DNA from: Vicinamibacteria bacterium
GTDB taxonomy: Bacteria > Acidobacteriota > Vicinamibacteria > Marinacidobacterales > Marinacidobacteraceae
DNA length: 64,000 nt
NCBI GenBank assembly: GCA_963668695.2
Contig: CAXXLQ010000004.1
Coordinates: 1,600,001-1,664,000, forward strand
Direction: 5' to 3'
The notes beneath the pieces were generated by a model. That model did not search any database. It was not told the DNA's origin and worked only from the letters and a program-made list of their open reading frames with translations. The position numbers and the translations under genes were made by a program. Positions 37,501-48,167 of this stretch are shown piece after piece (within the stretch, counting starts at the first letter, position 1; each line of letters opens with the position of its first letter).

Positions 37501-38924
37501 GCCGAAACCGCGGGACCGTCCTCGTGGTGGACGACGAGCAGGTGATGCGGGAAATCCTCGAGGCGCTCCTTCGCCAGGCCGGATACTCGGTGCGCCTGGC
37601 GGAAACCGGCGAAGAGGGGATCCGGATTGTGGACCGCGAGCCCATCGATCTGGCAGTCGTGGATGTGATGCTGCCGGACATCTCCGGGCTGAAGGTGCTC
37701 GAACGGCTCCGGGAGATCGATCCGGAGATCAGCGTAGTGATGCTCACCGCCTTCGCCTCGGTGGAAACCGCCGTGACCGCAATCAAGTGCGGGGCCTTCG
37801 ACTACCTGACGAAGCCGTTCAAGAACGACGAAGTTCTCAACCTCGTCGGCAACGGAGTAAGGCAGCGGCGTCTTGCGCGCGAGAACCGTTCCCTCCGGGA
37901 GCAACTGGTTCGCCGCGAACGCTTCGAGGAGCTGATCGGAAAGTCGCCATGCATGCAGGAGGTGTACGCCCTCATCGAGCAGGTCGCCGGATCCCGAGCC
38001 AACATTCTGGTTACCGGCGAGAGCGGCACCGGCAAGGAACTCGTCGCGAAGGCGATCCATCGCCTCAGTCCGCGCAAGAAGCGGCCGTTCGTCACCGTCC
38101 ATTCCGGGAGCCTCCCGCCCGAACTTCTCGAGAGCAACCTCTTCGGCCATCTCAAGGGCGCGTTCACCGGTGCGGTGGCGCCCAAGAAGGGTCTTTTCGA
38201 GATTGCCGATGGCGGCAGCATCTTCTTCGACGAGATCGGCACCGTGCATGTGGATACCCAGGCGAAGTTGCTGCGGGTGATCCAGGAAAAGGAGTTCATG
38301 AATCTGGGAGGGGTGGAGACCATCAGGGTGGACGTCCGGGTCATCGCCGCCACCAACACGGACCTGAAACGGCTCGCCGAACAGGGCAAGTTCCGTGAGG
38401 ATCTCTACTTCCGGCTCGACGTCATCAACATTCACATCCCGCCGCTTCGGGATCGCCGCGAGGACATCCCGGCGCTCGCCAATCACTTCCTTCGCAAGTA
38501 CGGGGGAGAAAACGGGAAGACCCAGCTTGCGTTCTCGTCCGACGCCATGCAGGTGTTTCTCGACTGCCCGTGGCCGGGGAATGTGAGGCAGCTCGAGAAC
38601 GCCGTGGAGCGCGCGGTGGTGCTGACGCCCGGCAACGATATCGACGCTTCACTCCTGCCGGACGCCGTGAGGACCCGGGTTTCCCGGGCTTCGGTCTCTT
38701 CGGTCCCGCCGCTCGAGGACGGGGTGACCCTCCGCGAGTACATTTCCGAGGTGGAACGGCAGTTGCTCCTCCAAACCCTCGACCGGGTCGGCGGGATTCA
38801 GAAGCGCGCCGCCGAGGTTCTGGGTCTGAAGCCAACCACGCTCAACGAGATGCTCAAGCGCCACGGCATTCGGTTCAGCCGGCGCGCTCCGGAGACCCAC
38901 GGGTCCGTTCTTCGGCAGGTCTAG
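37497..38924 (+). CDS. Sigma-54-dependent NtrC-family response regulator
   Basis: Receiver VLVVDD...D...KPF; GESGTGKE, GAFTGA, WPGNVRQLEN; Fis-type HTH. Confidence 0.96.
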   Translation: MSRNRGTVLVVDDEQVMREILEALLRQAGYSVRLAETGEEGIRIVDREPIDLAVVDVMLPDISGLKVLERLREIDPEISVVMLTAFASVETAVTAIKCGAFDYLTKPFKNDEVLNLVGNGVRQRRLARENRSLREQLVRRERFEELIGKSPCMQEVYALIEQVAGSRANILVTGESGTGKELVAKAIHRLSPRKKRPFVTVHSGSLPPELLESNLFGHLKGAFTGAVAPKKGLFEIADGGSIFFDEIGTVHVDTQAKLLRVIQEKEFMNLGGVETIRVDVRVIAATNTDLKRLAEQGKFREDLYFRLDVINIHIPPLRDRREDIPALANHFLRKYGGENGKTQLAFSSDAMQVFLDCPWPGNVRQLENAVERAVVLTPGNDIDASLLPDAVRTRVSRASVSSVPPLEDGVTLREYISEVERQLLLQTLDRVGGIQKRAAEVLGLKPTTLNEMLKRHGIRFSRRAPETHGSVLRQV

Positions 38925-39161
38925 CAGCCTGTGGACAAAGTCACGCGGCCCAGTTCTCCCGGTGGGGGCTCGACCGGCGATGCATCCCGGCTGAACCGCG
39001 CCGCTTCGCGACGCTCTGCGTTGCACGTCGGTCGGAATACACTCGGGCCAGTTCTCCCGGTGGGGGCTCCTCCCTCGCGCGCCTTGTCAGCCGGGCGCCT
39101 CACCGCCAGTTCTCCCGGTGGGGGCCTCGGCGCTCACGTCACTTCATCCACAGGCTACTAA
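38921..39161. mobile_element. MITE-like repeat element overlapping the regulator stop codon
   Basis: ctagcagcctgtggacaaagtcacg...cgtcacttcatccacaggctacta. Confidence 0.8.
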
Positions 39162-39350
39162 CCCATGTTCCCGACCGCAAGAAGGACTGCCGCGGCCCTA
39201 ACAGCCTGTGGAGAAGGTCTGTCCGTGTCCGTCCGCGGCGCAGAGCGCCGCGGGGGAGGGGCGTGGGGAGGGGTTTCCCCTCCCCACCGAAAACGATGGC
39301 GCGGGCCCCCACCGGGAGAACTGGCGCGGAGCGATCCGGGACATCACCCC

Positions 39351-41549
39351 GTGGGGAAAGCGCCCCGCACGCACGAGAACCGGCAGATTCGGCGCGCCTC
39401 TCGCCTTGGACACCGTGCGGGGTGCTTTTTCTGCGGGCTGCTGCTGCTGGCGAGCCTGCCGGTGATGGCCAGGGCCGCGCAGGAGGAACTCAGCCGCAAC
39501 GAGCAGATCGAACGTCTGCGGGAAGACCACCGCAAGTGGCTCGAACAAGACGTGGCGTACATCATCACCGACCGCGAGGAGGACGTATTCCTCAGCCTCG
39601 AGACCCTCGAAGAGCGGACTCGATTCATCGAGGTCTTCTGGGAAAAACGCGATCCTTACCCGGCGACCCCCGAGAACGAGTTCAAGGACGAGCACTACAG
39701 CCGGATCGAATACGCAAACAAGTACCTCGGCAGGGACACCTTCCGCGAAGGCTGGCGGACGGACCGGGGCCGCTACTACATCCTGCTCGGCGAGCCCCGC
39801 GAGCGGCATGCCTTCGACGGCTACAACGAAGTGGTCTCGAGCGAACTCTGGTTCTACCAGGGCGACGTGTCGAAAGGATTGCCGTCCTTTTTCTATCTCG
39901 TCTTCTTCAAGCGCCACGACATCGGGGAGTACCGCCTCTATCACCCGGTGGTGGACGGGCCGCAGTCGCTGGTTCGAGGCCAGTACACCCAGGGAGGCGG
40001 GCCGCAGGGCAATGTCCAGGCCTACAAGACCCTGCAACGGATTGACGCCGAACTCGCGAACGCCTCCCTCTCCCTGGATCCTTCGGAACCGGGGGACTGG
40101 ACGAGCGGCAGGGCCTCGCTGGCGAGCGACCTGCTGATCGCGCGGGTCGAAGATTCGCCCCGGCGCGCCATCCGCACCGACTACGCGGACGCGTGGCTCC
40201 GTTACCGCGATCGGGTCTCGGCCGACTATTCGTTCAACTTTGTCCCAAGTCGCGGGGTGTTCGGAATCACCGGGGGACCTCTCGGTACTCCCTTTGTTCA
40301 CTACAGCGTCGAGATCGATCCTCAGAACTTCACTCTCGAGACCGACGAGGACCGGACGAAGTTCTACACGACCCTCGATATTTCGGTCGAAGCGGTGAAC
40401 GAGGACGATGTGACGGTGCTGGCGATCGACCGCCCGGCCTATCTGGAGCTCACCAGGACTCAGGTCGAAGGCATTCAGGGTTCGCCGTTCGCGTACCAGG
40501 ACAGCGTGCCGCTACTACCCGGCACGTACGACCTGAGTGTGATCGTTCGAAACCGCGCCGCGGCCCAGTTCACGGTTGCCGAGACCACGATTGACACCAC
40601 GCGTCTGGGCGCCGCGGCTGGTTCGTCCCGAATTGCCGGCATCATCGCCGGGTTCGACGGCACCGATCTGGTGCAGGCGCCGAGCCCCGAAGCGATTCGC
40701 ACGTTTCAGGTCGGAAACGTCCGGATTCAGCCGGCCGCGGACGGCCTCTTCGCCCTCGGGAACACCCTCTACGCCTTCGCGCACGTGATGGAAGCCGGGG
40801 ACGGTCAGCAAATGCGCTTCCAGGTGCTTGCCGATCTCTCCGGAAGTCCGGACGGAGAACCCCTCACCGAGCTGGTGGTGGCGGTTCCCGGCCCGGGAGC
40901 CGTCCTCGGCCGTTTGCCGCTGGATCTTGGGGTCGGCGGAAGCTACTGGCTGCGCGGGCGGCTCGAGGATGAAGCGGGGACCCTGCTCGATCAGCATGAT
41001 CGGCGGATCCAGGTTTCCCCCCGGGCGGGTGTCCCGCGCGCCGGCTTCGTTTTGCGGCGCGGTTTCAACCCGGAAACACCAGGGCTGCTGGCGCTCGTTC
41101 GCGGCGATCAGTACCTGACGCTTTCCCGCTTCGAGGAGGCGCTCCGCGAGTACGAACTCGCGGTGGCCTCCGGGAATCCGCAGTTGCCGGCCGCCCGTTG
41201 GAAGCTCGCCCACGGCTACGTGCGAACCAGTCGGGTGGCCGAAGCAGCAGCCCTGCTCGAGCCTATGGTGGACCAGTTCCCCGAGGTCTTCGAGGTAGCC
41301 AGCGGGATGGGTTTCGTTCGCTACTTCCAGGGCCGCTACGAGGAGAGCGTGGCTCATCTGGAGCACGCCCTCGCACTGCGCACCCCGGGATTCGGGTTGT
41401 TGAACGTCCTCGGAGACGCCTACGCTGAGGTCGGACGGCTCGAGGAGGCGCGCGCCACCTTCGGGCGCTCTCTGGAGTTGAATCCGGAGCAGCCGTTCCT
41501 TCGGGAGCGCCTCGCCGAGATCAGCGCGCCGTCTCCACCTGGCGAGTAG
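39351..41549 (+). CDS. GWxTD-domain protein with C-terminal TPRs
   Basis: KWLEQDVAYII, FWEKRDP.P.TPENEF..EHY.RI.YAN, GWRTDRGRYYILLGEP. Start uncertain (between 39165 and 39464). Confidence 0.9.
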   Translation: MGKAPRTHENRQIRRASRLGHRAGCFFCGLLLLASLPVMARAAQEELSRNEQIERLREDHRKWLEQDVAYIITDREEDVFLSLETLEERTRFIEVFWEKRDPYPATPENEFKDEHYSRIEYANKYLGRDTFREGWRTDRGRYYILLGEPRERHAFDGYNEVVSSELWFYQGDVSKGLPSFFYLVFFKRHDIGEYRLYHPVVDGPQSLVRGQYTQGGGPQGNVQAYKTLQRIDAELANASLSLDPSEPGDWTSGRASLASDLLIARVEDSPRRAIRTDYADAWLRYRDRVSADYSFNFVPSRGVFGITGGPLGTPFVHYSVEIDPQNFTLETDEDRTKFYTTLDISVEAVNEDDVTVLAIDRPAYLELTRTQVEGIQGSPFAYQDSVPLLPGTYDLSVIVRNRAAAQFTVAETTIDTTRLGAAAGSSRIAGIIAGFDGTDLVQAPSPEAIRTFQVGNVRIQPAADGLFALGNTLYAFAHVMEAGDGQQMRFQVLADLSGSPDGEPLTELVVAVPGPGAVLGRLPLDLGVGGSYWLRGRLEDEAGTLLDQHDRRIQVSPRAGVPRAGFVLRRGFNPETPGLLALVRGDQYLTLSRFEEALREYELAVASGNPQLPAARWKLAHGYVRTSRVAEAAALLEPMVDQFPEVFEVASGMGFVRYFQGRYEESVAHLEHALALRTPGFGLLNVLGDAYAEVGRLEEARATFGRSLELNPEQPFLRERLAEISAPSPPGE

Positions 41550-41625
41550 CGGATAGTTCGCGTCACCGCCTCCCGCCCTTCCGGCGGGTCACGTCATTCG
41601 TCCGCTGGCGGCATCCGCGGCTGCA

Positions 41626-44463
41626 TCAGAACCGCAGCCTCACCCCCACCCGCGCCACCCGCGGGGGAAGAATCCCGACCACCGCGCCGAAGGAATCGTC
41701 GCGGGATCCCTCGCCCACCACGTTGTTCAGGTTCAGCGCGTTGAACACATCGAGATACGTCGAGAACTCGGCCGCTCCCGGCAGGTCCAGGCGGTGGTCC
41801 AGGCGGAGATCCAGCAGCGGCACTGCCGGCGACCGGGCGGTACCTGGGGGTTCGACGATGACCTCGGTGCTGCCCTGGGGAAGCGGTTCTCCCTCCAGCG
41901 TTTCGGTGAAGATCACCGACCGGTAGTTGGGCCAGCCCGAGTGCGCCCGGAAGGAACCCGCTACCGCGAAGCCCCAGGGAAGTCGGTAGCTGCCGGATAT
42001 CCGGGCGATGAAAGGGCGATCCCAAAAGGTGCGGCCTTCGTGCAGGTCGCCGTGGTTGGGGTTGTTGAGGAGCGAACCGGGGAATCCGGTGCCCTCGTCG
42101 ATCTGGTCGCCGGGCCCCGGCAGCCAGCCGATCGAGCGGCTTACGGTGACGGAGGCGAGAAGTTGCCAACCCGCAGCGTAGCGCTTCCGGGCCTCCAGGA
42201 TGAGCCCCCGATAGCTGGACCCGATGCCCGGGTTGTACAACCGGAAGCGGCTCTGCCCGAGGGTGGCGGGATCCTGGAGCCAGAGGTTGATCGGGACGTC
42301 ATCGCCGCTACCCCGGACGAAATCGCGGCCCGGATCGAGGTGGGGAATCGGATGCCAGGCGCTCTCCGGGACGCCGATGTCGGTGTCTTCGATGAGGTCG
42401 CGCTCACGGCGCAGGATGCCGGTGAGGCCAAGGGTGATCTCGTAGGGAATCTCGCGATGGATCCCCAGGGTCAGTTCGTCGGTGACGGGTTGTCGGAGGT
42501 CGGGATCGACTTCGTTCCGCACGGGGATGAAGACGCTGAGGGGTCGGGTGAAGTCCACCTCGCCTTCGTCCACCAGGGCATTGAAGTTCCGGTCGTTGAA
42601 GCGGAATTTCGCGGACGCCCGAGCGTTGGGGTTTCCGTACGCAGGAACGCTCAGACCCAGTTGGTGAAGGTAACGCCCGGCGCTCAGCCGGATCTGAGTG
42701 CGGCCGTCGTCGGTGAGCTGGTAGTTGACGCCGAAGCGCGGAGCTACCCCCACCCATGAGACGAGGGACGATTCGCCGGTCGTCTGCCGGGGGATCCCGA
42801 AGTTTCGGAAGGCCTCGCTCCACGGTCCCGGTTCGTTCTCCTGGTCCGGGTATCCGGCCCCCCACCAGTCGGCGCGCAGTCCGAACTCCAGGACCATTCG
42901 TCCGCGGACGAGGCTGTCCTGGGCGAAGAGTCCGACGTTCCGGGTGAAGTTCCGGACGGCCACCGGATCGCTGTAGAGCGTGACCTCGATGGGCCGCACG
43001 CGGTCGTGGATATAGACGATCCCGCCGTGCAGGTCATGGGTGGTGCGTCCCGGGTTCACGGTGGTCTCGAAGCCCACCTTGAACTCGTTGGTGCCGCCGA
43101 AGAGGCCGTCCCGGAAGAGGGTGGCGGTAGCGCTCCCCTGCCACCGGTCGCGTTCGTAGATGGTGTTGGTGCCCGAACCTCCGTACCAGATGCCGGTGTT
43201 CAACTCCCAGCGTGAGACTTCGGGTTCCCGGTCGGGCTGCTGTCCGTACGGGAAGTAGAGATCCAGGCGGCTGGCGCGGGCCTCCACGAGCAGCGATTCG
43301 CCGAATACGCCGGACCAGGAGATCTGTCCCAGTGCGGTGACCGAGTCCTGGTGGAATGTTGTTTGCGGTCGGGGACGGAAAAGACTCGCCCCCCGGTAGG
43401 GCCGGTACTTTCCGTTTCGGTAGAAGAAAACCCCGATCTCGTGTCCCTCGGCCACCCGCACGCTGCCCCTGGCCAGCAGGTTGTCGAGTTCCGTGAGGTC
43501 CACACCAGGTTCCCCATCCTCGAAGAAGAACCCCGGGAGGAAGGGTTCCACCCGGAACCGGGAATAGTTGAAGTAGAACCAGGCGCGGTCACGCCGCAGG
43601 GGACCGCCGAGTTCCGCGCTCCCGTCGAAGAGCGCCTTGAGGCGGTTGGCCTGTCCGACCCCCCGGGCGCGGAGCGCGTCGTCGAGGTTCTGCGCCTGGA
43701 AGCGTTCGTGCTCATAGAAGAAGCTGCCGCTACCGGCGAACCGGTTGGTGCCTCTCCGGGTGACGATGTTCAAGAACACGCCCGGGGTCTGGATTTCGGC
43801 GCGGTGCCCCGCCGTCGAAACCTCTACTTCTTCGAAGCTGTCGAAGGAGTAGTAGGCGATGCTCGCTCCCATCGCCGCGGGGTCTGTCACGTTGACGCCG
43901 TTCAGGTAGTACTGGTTCTGCGTCCATGCCGAGCCCGCCGCCGAAAAGAGGGACTGCTGGCCGCTCTCGGCTCCCCCCACGTTGATCTTGGACATCATGA
44001 TGCCCGGGGTCTGTTCCAGAACGCTCCAGATGTCTCTGGTGTTGGGCAGATCCTCGAGCACTGGCCGGTCGACCGTTTCCCGGACTCCGCTGCCGCGACG
44101 GTCGAGGGGCCGCCGGGAGACCGCCGCGACGCGCTCGGTGATGCCGGCGAGCCCCAGTTGGAGTCGGACCTCGATGATGGAACCGGCGTCCACCACCACT
44201 TCGGCGGGTGGCGAGTCCTCGAATCCGGGGTGCCTCGCCGTGATGCTCCAGGCGCCGGGTTGGAGGCCGGCGAAGCCGAACCGCCCCGATGGCCCCGCGG
44301 CCTGTTCGCGCCGTATCCCACGTCCGACGAGTACCAGCGATACCCGGGCGCCGGGCAGGACACCTCCGGTAGCGTCGAGCACGACGCCGTCCACTCCGCC
44401 GGTCGGTTGCGCGACACCGGGCGCGGGAAAGGCCACGAGCAACGCGCTGAGGGCAGCCGCCAA
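41626..44463 (-). CDS. TonB-dependent receptor (Oar-like)
   Basis: GVVLDATGGVLPGA, LPNTRDIW, YYLNGVNVTD, FDSFEEV, DVFNALN...PPRVARVGVRLRF. Start uncertain; nearest is TTG 44463, just downstream of tRNA-Ser. Confidence 0.9.
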   Translation of the reverse strand: MAAALSALLVAFPAPGVAQPTGGVDGVVLDATGGVLPGARVSLVLVGRGIRREQAAGPSGRFGFAGLQPGAWSITARHPGFEDSPPAEVVVDAGSIIEVRLQLGLAGITERVAAVSRRPLDRRGSGVRETVDRPVLEDLPNTRDIWSVLEQTPGIMMSKINVGGAESGQQSLFSAAGSAWTQNQYYLNGVNVTDPAAMGASIAYYSFDSFEEVEVSTAGHRAEIQTPGVFLNIVTRRGTNRFAGSGSFFYEHERFQAQNLDDALRARGVGQANRLKALFDGSAELGGPLRRDRAWFYFNYSRFRVEPFLPGFFFEDGEPGVDLTELDNLLARGSVRVAEGHEIGVFFYRNGKYRPYRGASLFRPRPQTTFHQDSVTALGQISWSGVFGESLLVEARASRLDLYFPYGQQPDREPEVSRWELNTGIWYGGSGTNTIYERDRWQGSATATLFRDGLFGGTNEFKVGFETTVNPGRTTHDLHGGIVYIHDRVRPIEVTLYSDPVAVRNFTRNVGLFAQDSLVRGRMVLEFGLRADWWGAGYPDQENEPGPWSEAFRNFGIPRQTTGESSLVSWVGVAPRFGVNYQLTDDGRTQIRLSAGRYLHQLGLSVPAYGNPNARASAKFRFNDRNFNALVDEGEVDFTRPLSVFIPVRNEVDPDLRQPVTDELTLGIHREIPYEITLGLTGILRRERDLIEDTDIGVPESAWHPIPHLDPGRDFVRGSGDDVPINLWLQDPATLGQSRFRLYNPGIGSSYRGLILEARKRYAAGWQLLASVTVSRSIGWLPGPGDQIDEGTGFPGSLLNNPNHGDLHEGRTFWDRPFIARISGSYRLPWGFAVAGSFRAHSGWPNYRSVIFTETLEGEPLPQGSTEVIVEPPGTARSPAVPLLDLRLDHRLDLPGAAEFSTYLDVFNALNLNNVVGEGSRDDSFGAVVGILPPRVARVGVRLRF

Positions 44464-44492
44464 AAAATGGATGCGCCAGGCCGGCGGCGCGG

Positions 44493-44579
44493 CGGAGAGA
44501 GAGGGATTCGAACCCTCGGCGCGGTATCCCGCGCAACTGCTTAGCAGGCAGCCCTGTTCAGCCACTCCAGCACCTCTCC
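44493..44579 (-). tRNA. tRNA-Ser (GCT)
   Basis: GGAGAGGTGCTGGAGTGGCTGAACAG-GCTGC-ctGCTaa-GCAGT, variable arm, GGTTCGAATCC, CTCTCCG. Confidence 0.96.
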
Positions 44580-44701
44580 AGCGCCCTCCCAAGGCGAAGG
44601 TTTCACCGCCGGGACAGGGATGGTACACCGGAGCTGTGGCGCGCGCGCCACAGCGGCGTACGGCCCCGAATCCTGCTATCCTCATGCATTCCCGCGACCA
44701 C

Positions 44702-44775
44702 TGGGAAGTCGTCCAATGGCAGGACACACGGCTCTGGACCGTGGAATCGGGGTTCGAGTCCCTGCTTCCCAGCCA
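44702..44775 (+). tRNA. tRNA-Gln (CTG)
   Basis: TGGGAAGTCGTCCAATGGCAGGAC-CACGG-ctCTGga-CCGTG...GGTTCGAGTCC...CTTCCCAGCCA. Confidence 0.96.
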
Positions 44776-44843
44776 GCCGGGTGTGGGCGGACGGGGCGCT
44801 GGCTCGAAGGGGGCCTCAAGCCCACAGGCGAAGGAGATCTCCC

Positions 44844-45770
44844 ATGAGAAACAACACCACTCGCAAGGCCGGACTCGTTGCGCTCGGCCTGCTGTTCGTC
44901 GCGCAAACGGCAATGGCTCAGATGGGTACCGGTCGTGTCTCCGGGACCGTGAAGGATCAGGACGAAAACCCGATCGAGGGAGCCACCGTCACTGCGAATG
45001 CCGGCGATTCGGCGCGGCTCCTCGAAGCCACCACGGATGCGCGCGGCCGCTGGGCAATCCTCGGTTTCCGGTCCCGGGCCTACGATTTCTCGGTCCAGGC
45101 GCCGGGGTTCATGCCCTACAACTATCAGGTGCCGATGAAGCAGGCGGGCAAGAACCCCGACATGGACCTCGTCCTCGAGCGAGCCCAGATGGGCCGGTCA
45201 GCGGGAACGGGTGGGGGCCTTATTGCGGAGGCTCAGGAACTCCACCAAGCCGGGCGGTACGACGAAGCGCTCGCGATGTACGACGAGGTGCTCAGCGCCG
45301 ATCCGACGGTGTACCAGATCAACCTGAACCGGGCCGCAGTGCTCCGCGAGCTGGACCGTCCAGACGAAGCCAGGGCGGCATACCAGGCCGTGTTGGAACA
45401 GGATGCCCAGAACGCGGCGGCGCTCGTGTCGCTAGGCGAAATGGAGATGGCCGATGACGACATGAATGGGGCGCTCGAGTACTGGGAAGCCGCCGTGGAC
45501 TCCACCGCGGATGAGGTCATCCCTTACAACGTGGCGCAGATCTCCTTCCAGAACGGTGAGACGGACAAGGCGATCGAGTACTACATGATCGCCGCCGACC
45601 GCCGGGCGGACTGGGCGGAGCCGTTTGTCCAGATGGGCATCGTCTATCTGAACAAGGGTGATTTCCCCGCGGCCTCCGAACAGTTCGAGATGGCGATCGA
45701 GGTAGAGCCGGACAGCGCCGCTGCCGCGCAGGCGCAGGCGATGCTGGACGCCCTGCCGAAACCGGAGTAA
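44844..45770 (+). CDS. Secreted carboxypeptidase-regulatory-like domain + TPR protein
   Basis: SD aaggag; signal peptide; [20 protein letters not shown]...TDARGRW; TPR repeats. Confidence 0.88.
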   Translation: MRNNTTRKAGLVALGLLFVAQTAMAQMGTGRVSGTVKDQDENPIEGATVTANAGDSARLLEATTDARGRWAILGFRSRAYDFSVQAPGFMPYNYQVPMKQAGKNPDMDLVLERAQMGRSAGTGGGLIAEAQELHQAGRYDEALAMYDEVLSADPTVYQINLNRAAVLRELDRPDEARAAYQAVLEQDAQNAAALVSLGEMEMADDDMNGALEYWEAAVDSTADEVIPYNVAQISFQNGETDKAIEYYMIAADRRADWAEPFVQMGIVYLNKGDFPAASEQFEMAIEVEPDSAAAAQAQAMLDALPKPE

Positions 45771-45817
45771 CAGCGCGCCCCAAGCGGGGCGTGGTCCGGC
45801 GGCACGATCCCGTCCAC

Positions 45818-45902
45818 GGAGGGATGGCCGAGCGGCTTAAGGCGGTGGTCTTGAAAACCACTGACCCGAAAGGGTCCGGGGGTTCGAATCCCTCTCCCTC
45901 CG
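45818..45902 (+). tRNA. tRNA-Ser (TGA)
   Basis: GGAGGGATGGCCGAGCGGCTTAAGGC-GTGGT-ctTGAaa-ACCAC, variable arm, GGTTCGAATCC, CCCTCCG; CCA not encoded. Confidence 0.96.
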
Positions 45903-46429
45903 CTCGGTCGAGGGGTCCGCTGACGGGGCCTCCAACCGGCACTACGTCGCACCGTGGGTTTCATTTGTGGCATGAGGCCCCGTTAGCGGACCCCCCGGCG
46001 CTTCGCGCCGGAATCGCAAATCCCTCCGGGATTTGCGATTCGAGCTGTCTTTTTGTGAAAGGGGGGGTGCCCCCCTTTCACACTTTCCCCCCGGTCAGGC
46101 GGGCAGCGAACGGAGTTCGCTGCCATCTGTTTCTTCGCGTTTGGCAGTACGCGTGTGATGACGCAAAGGCAAGGGAACGCCGACCTCCTGGTCGGCACAG
46201 CCCGCCGAAGGCGGGCGGGAGCGCGTACGGCTGATCAGGCAGATGGCGCGTAGACGGGGAAGAACGCGTAGTGCCGATCGGGAAAAAGCGCGGGGACGGC
46301 TTGGAACGCCGACCTCCGGGCAGTTCTCCCGGTGGGGCCCGGCATCGCGCGGGAGCGCGAAACCAGCGCGGATTACGCGGCGCTCTACCGACGTGAGCGT
46401 CGCACCCTCTCACAATCCCGAATAGTGCG

Positions 46430-47110
46430 ACCGCTCACCGCCTTCAACAGAGGATCTACGCCGTGCTGTGGTTGTGCTGGGCGCACGCCTCCGTTGAGCA
46501 GAACGTGGCCGGGGAAGGAATCGAGGGCGCGCTGCCGGCCATGCCGGCCGTCAAGGCGCACTTCCGGGCGCTGCCGTACCAGGAAGTAGCGGCGGCGCTT
46601 GAAACCGTGGATGGGTCGAAGGCGAGCAAAGCGGCCAAGCTTTGCCTCCGGTTCCTGATCCTGACGGCGGCGCGATCCGGCGAGGCGCGGGAATGGCGTA
46701 TCCCCGGCGAGCGCATGAAGGGAGGTGCGGGTCATCGCGTCCCGCTGAGCGATGCGGCGCTGGTCGTTCTTGAGCGGGCGCGGGCACTGGACGACGGGAG
46801 CGGACTGATCTTCCCGTCGCCGCTGAGGCCGGGCCGGCCCCTCTCCCCGATGACCCTGACGAAGATCCTCCGGGACCGGGGACTCGCCGAGTGGGCAACG
46901 GTTCACGGCTTCCGGAGCGCGTTTCGGGACTGGTGCGCCGAAACTGGGAAGCCGCGGGAGGTTGCGGAGGCCGCGTTGGCTCACACCGTGGCCGGGATTG
47001 AGGGGGCCTACTTCCGGAGTGACCTATTCGCCCGCCGGCGCGCGCTCATGGACCAGTGGGCCGCGTTCCTCGCGGGAACCGATGCGAACGTGGTAAGGCT
47101 GTATGGATAG
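46430..47110 (+). pseudogene. P4-like tyrosine integrase, N-terminally truncated with an internal deletion
   Basis: Motifs LTAARSGE, RMK...HRVPLS, TVHGFRSAFRDW, LAH...AYFRSDLF..RR.LM.QW. The arm-binding domain is absent, and the usual 'W.EID' segment between SGEAR and EWRIP is missing. Confidence 0.85.
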
Positions 47111-47194
47111 TCAACGCGAGGCCGCATGGAAAGCGGCGATCGCTACATCCGTTCGGGGCGAACATGTGTCTTCGGAGGAACACAAAGCCCTGCA

Positions 47195-48045
47195 CGCGGG
47201 CGCTGCGGCCGTCAGTGCTGCGGACCATCGGCCGGGAGCTGATTCGCCGGGGCGAGTGCCTGTTCGTGATCGAGGTTGCAGACAACGGGCTCCGGCTACT
47301 CCCGGCCGGGACGTGGAACGTGACGGGCTCGGCTGCGTCCTGGCGCTACCAGGTGTCCCTTGCCGGGCCATCGACCACGGCCACGCGCGAGCTGGCGGCG
47401 AGTTCCATTCTCCACTTCCGGTACGCGGTGGATCCGGCGCGGCCGTGGCACGGGCTAGGTCCGATTCAGTTCGCCAGCATCGCCGGCCGGCTGAACGCGG
47501 AGACGGACAACACGCTCGCAAGCGAGTCGGGCGGGCCGATGGCGAACCTGCTACCGATCCCGGTGGACGGGCAGGATCCGACCGTTACAGCACTCCGGGA
47601 GGACATCGCGAAGGCGAAGGGGAAGGCGCTCACGGTGGAGAGCACTACGGGCGATTGGAACGACCCGAAGGGCGGGCGGAGTGCGGTCCGCTTCGACTGG
47701 CGGGCGGAACGTCTCGGCGCGGCTCCCCCGGCTGCGCTGGTAGAGCTGGCGCGCAATGCGGAGCGGAGCGTCCTGGCGACGTGCGGCGTCCCGGTAGAGC
47801 TGGCGGAGGCTGGCGACGGGACGGGCCAGCGCGAGGCGTGGCGGCGGTTCCTGTTCGGCTCCGTGGCTCCCCTGGCGAAGATCGTCACCGAGGAGCTGGC
47901 GGCGAAACTTTCTCCCGAAATCGGGATGGACTTCGAGGAGCTGCGGGCCTCCGACCTGGCGGGCCGGGCGCGGGCCTACAAGCAGCTCACGGAGGCGGGG
48001 ATGGACGCGGGCGCTGCGGCGCGGATCGCGGGCTTCGAGTCCTGA
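47195..48045 (+). pseudogene. Phage portal-like protein, N-terminally truncated
   Basis: IGRELIRRGECLFVI, ILHFRY...PWHGLGPI, ATCGVPVEL, FLFGSVAPLAKIVTEELAAKL, DL..RARAYKQL..AG resemble HK97-type portals. No credible start. Confidence 0.65.
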
Positions 48046-48167
48046 GTGGGCCGGCGCGACCCGGGCGGCGCGGCTGCGGGAAGCGCGCCGCCGGGTCGGC
48101 CGACTGGTTTCGGCAGAGGTTTGGAATCGCTAGCTGAGGGGGCCGTTCCGGGATAGAGTCACCCGGC

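Noticed and set aside
44464-44913. N-terminal extension of the receptor ORF to 44913
   Set aside because: It would span two tRNA genes and overlap the divergent TPR gene start; the extension is not protein-like.
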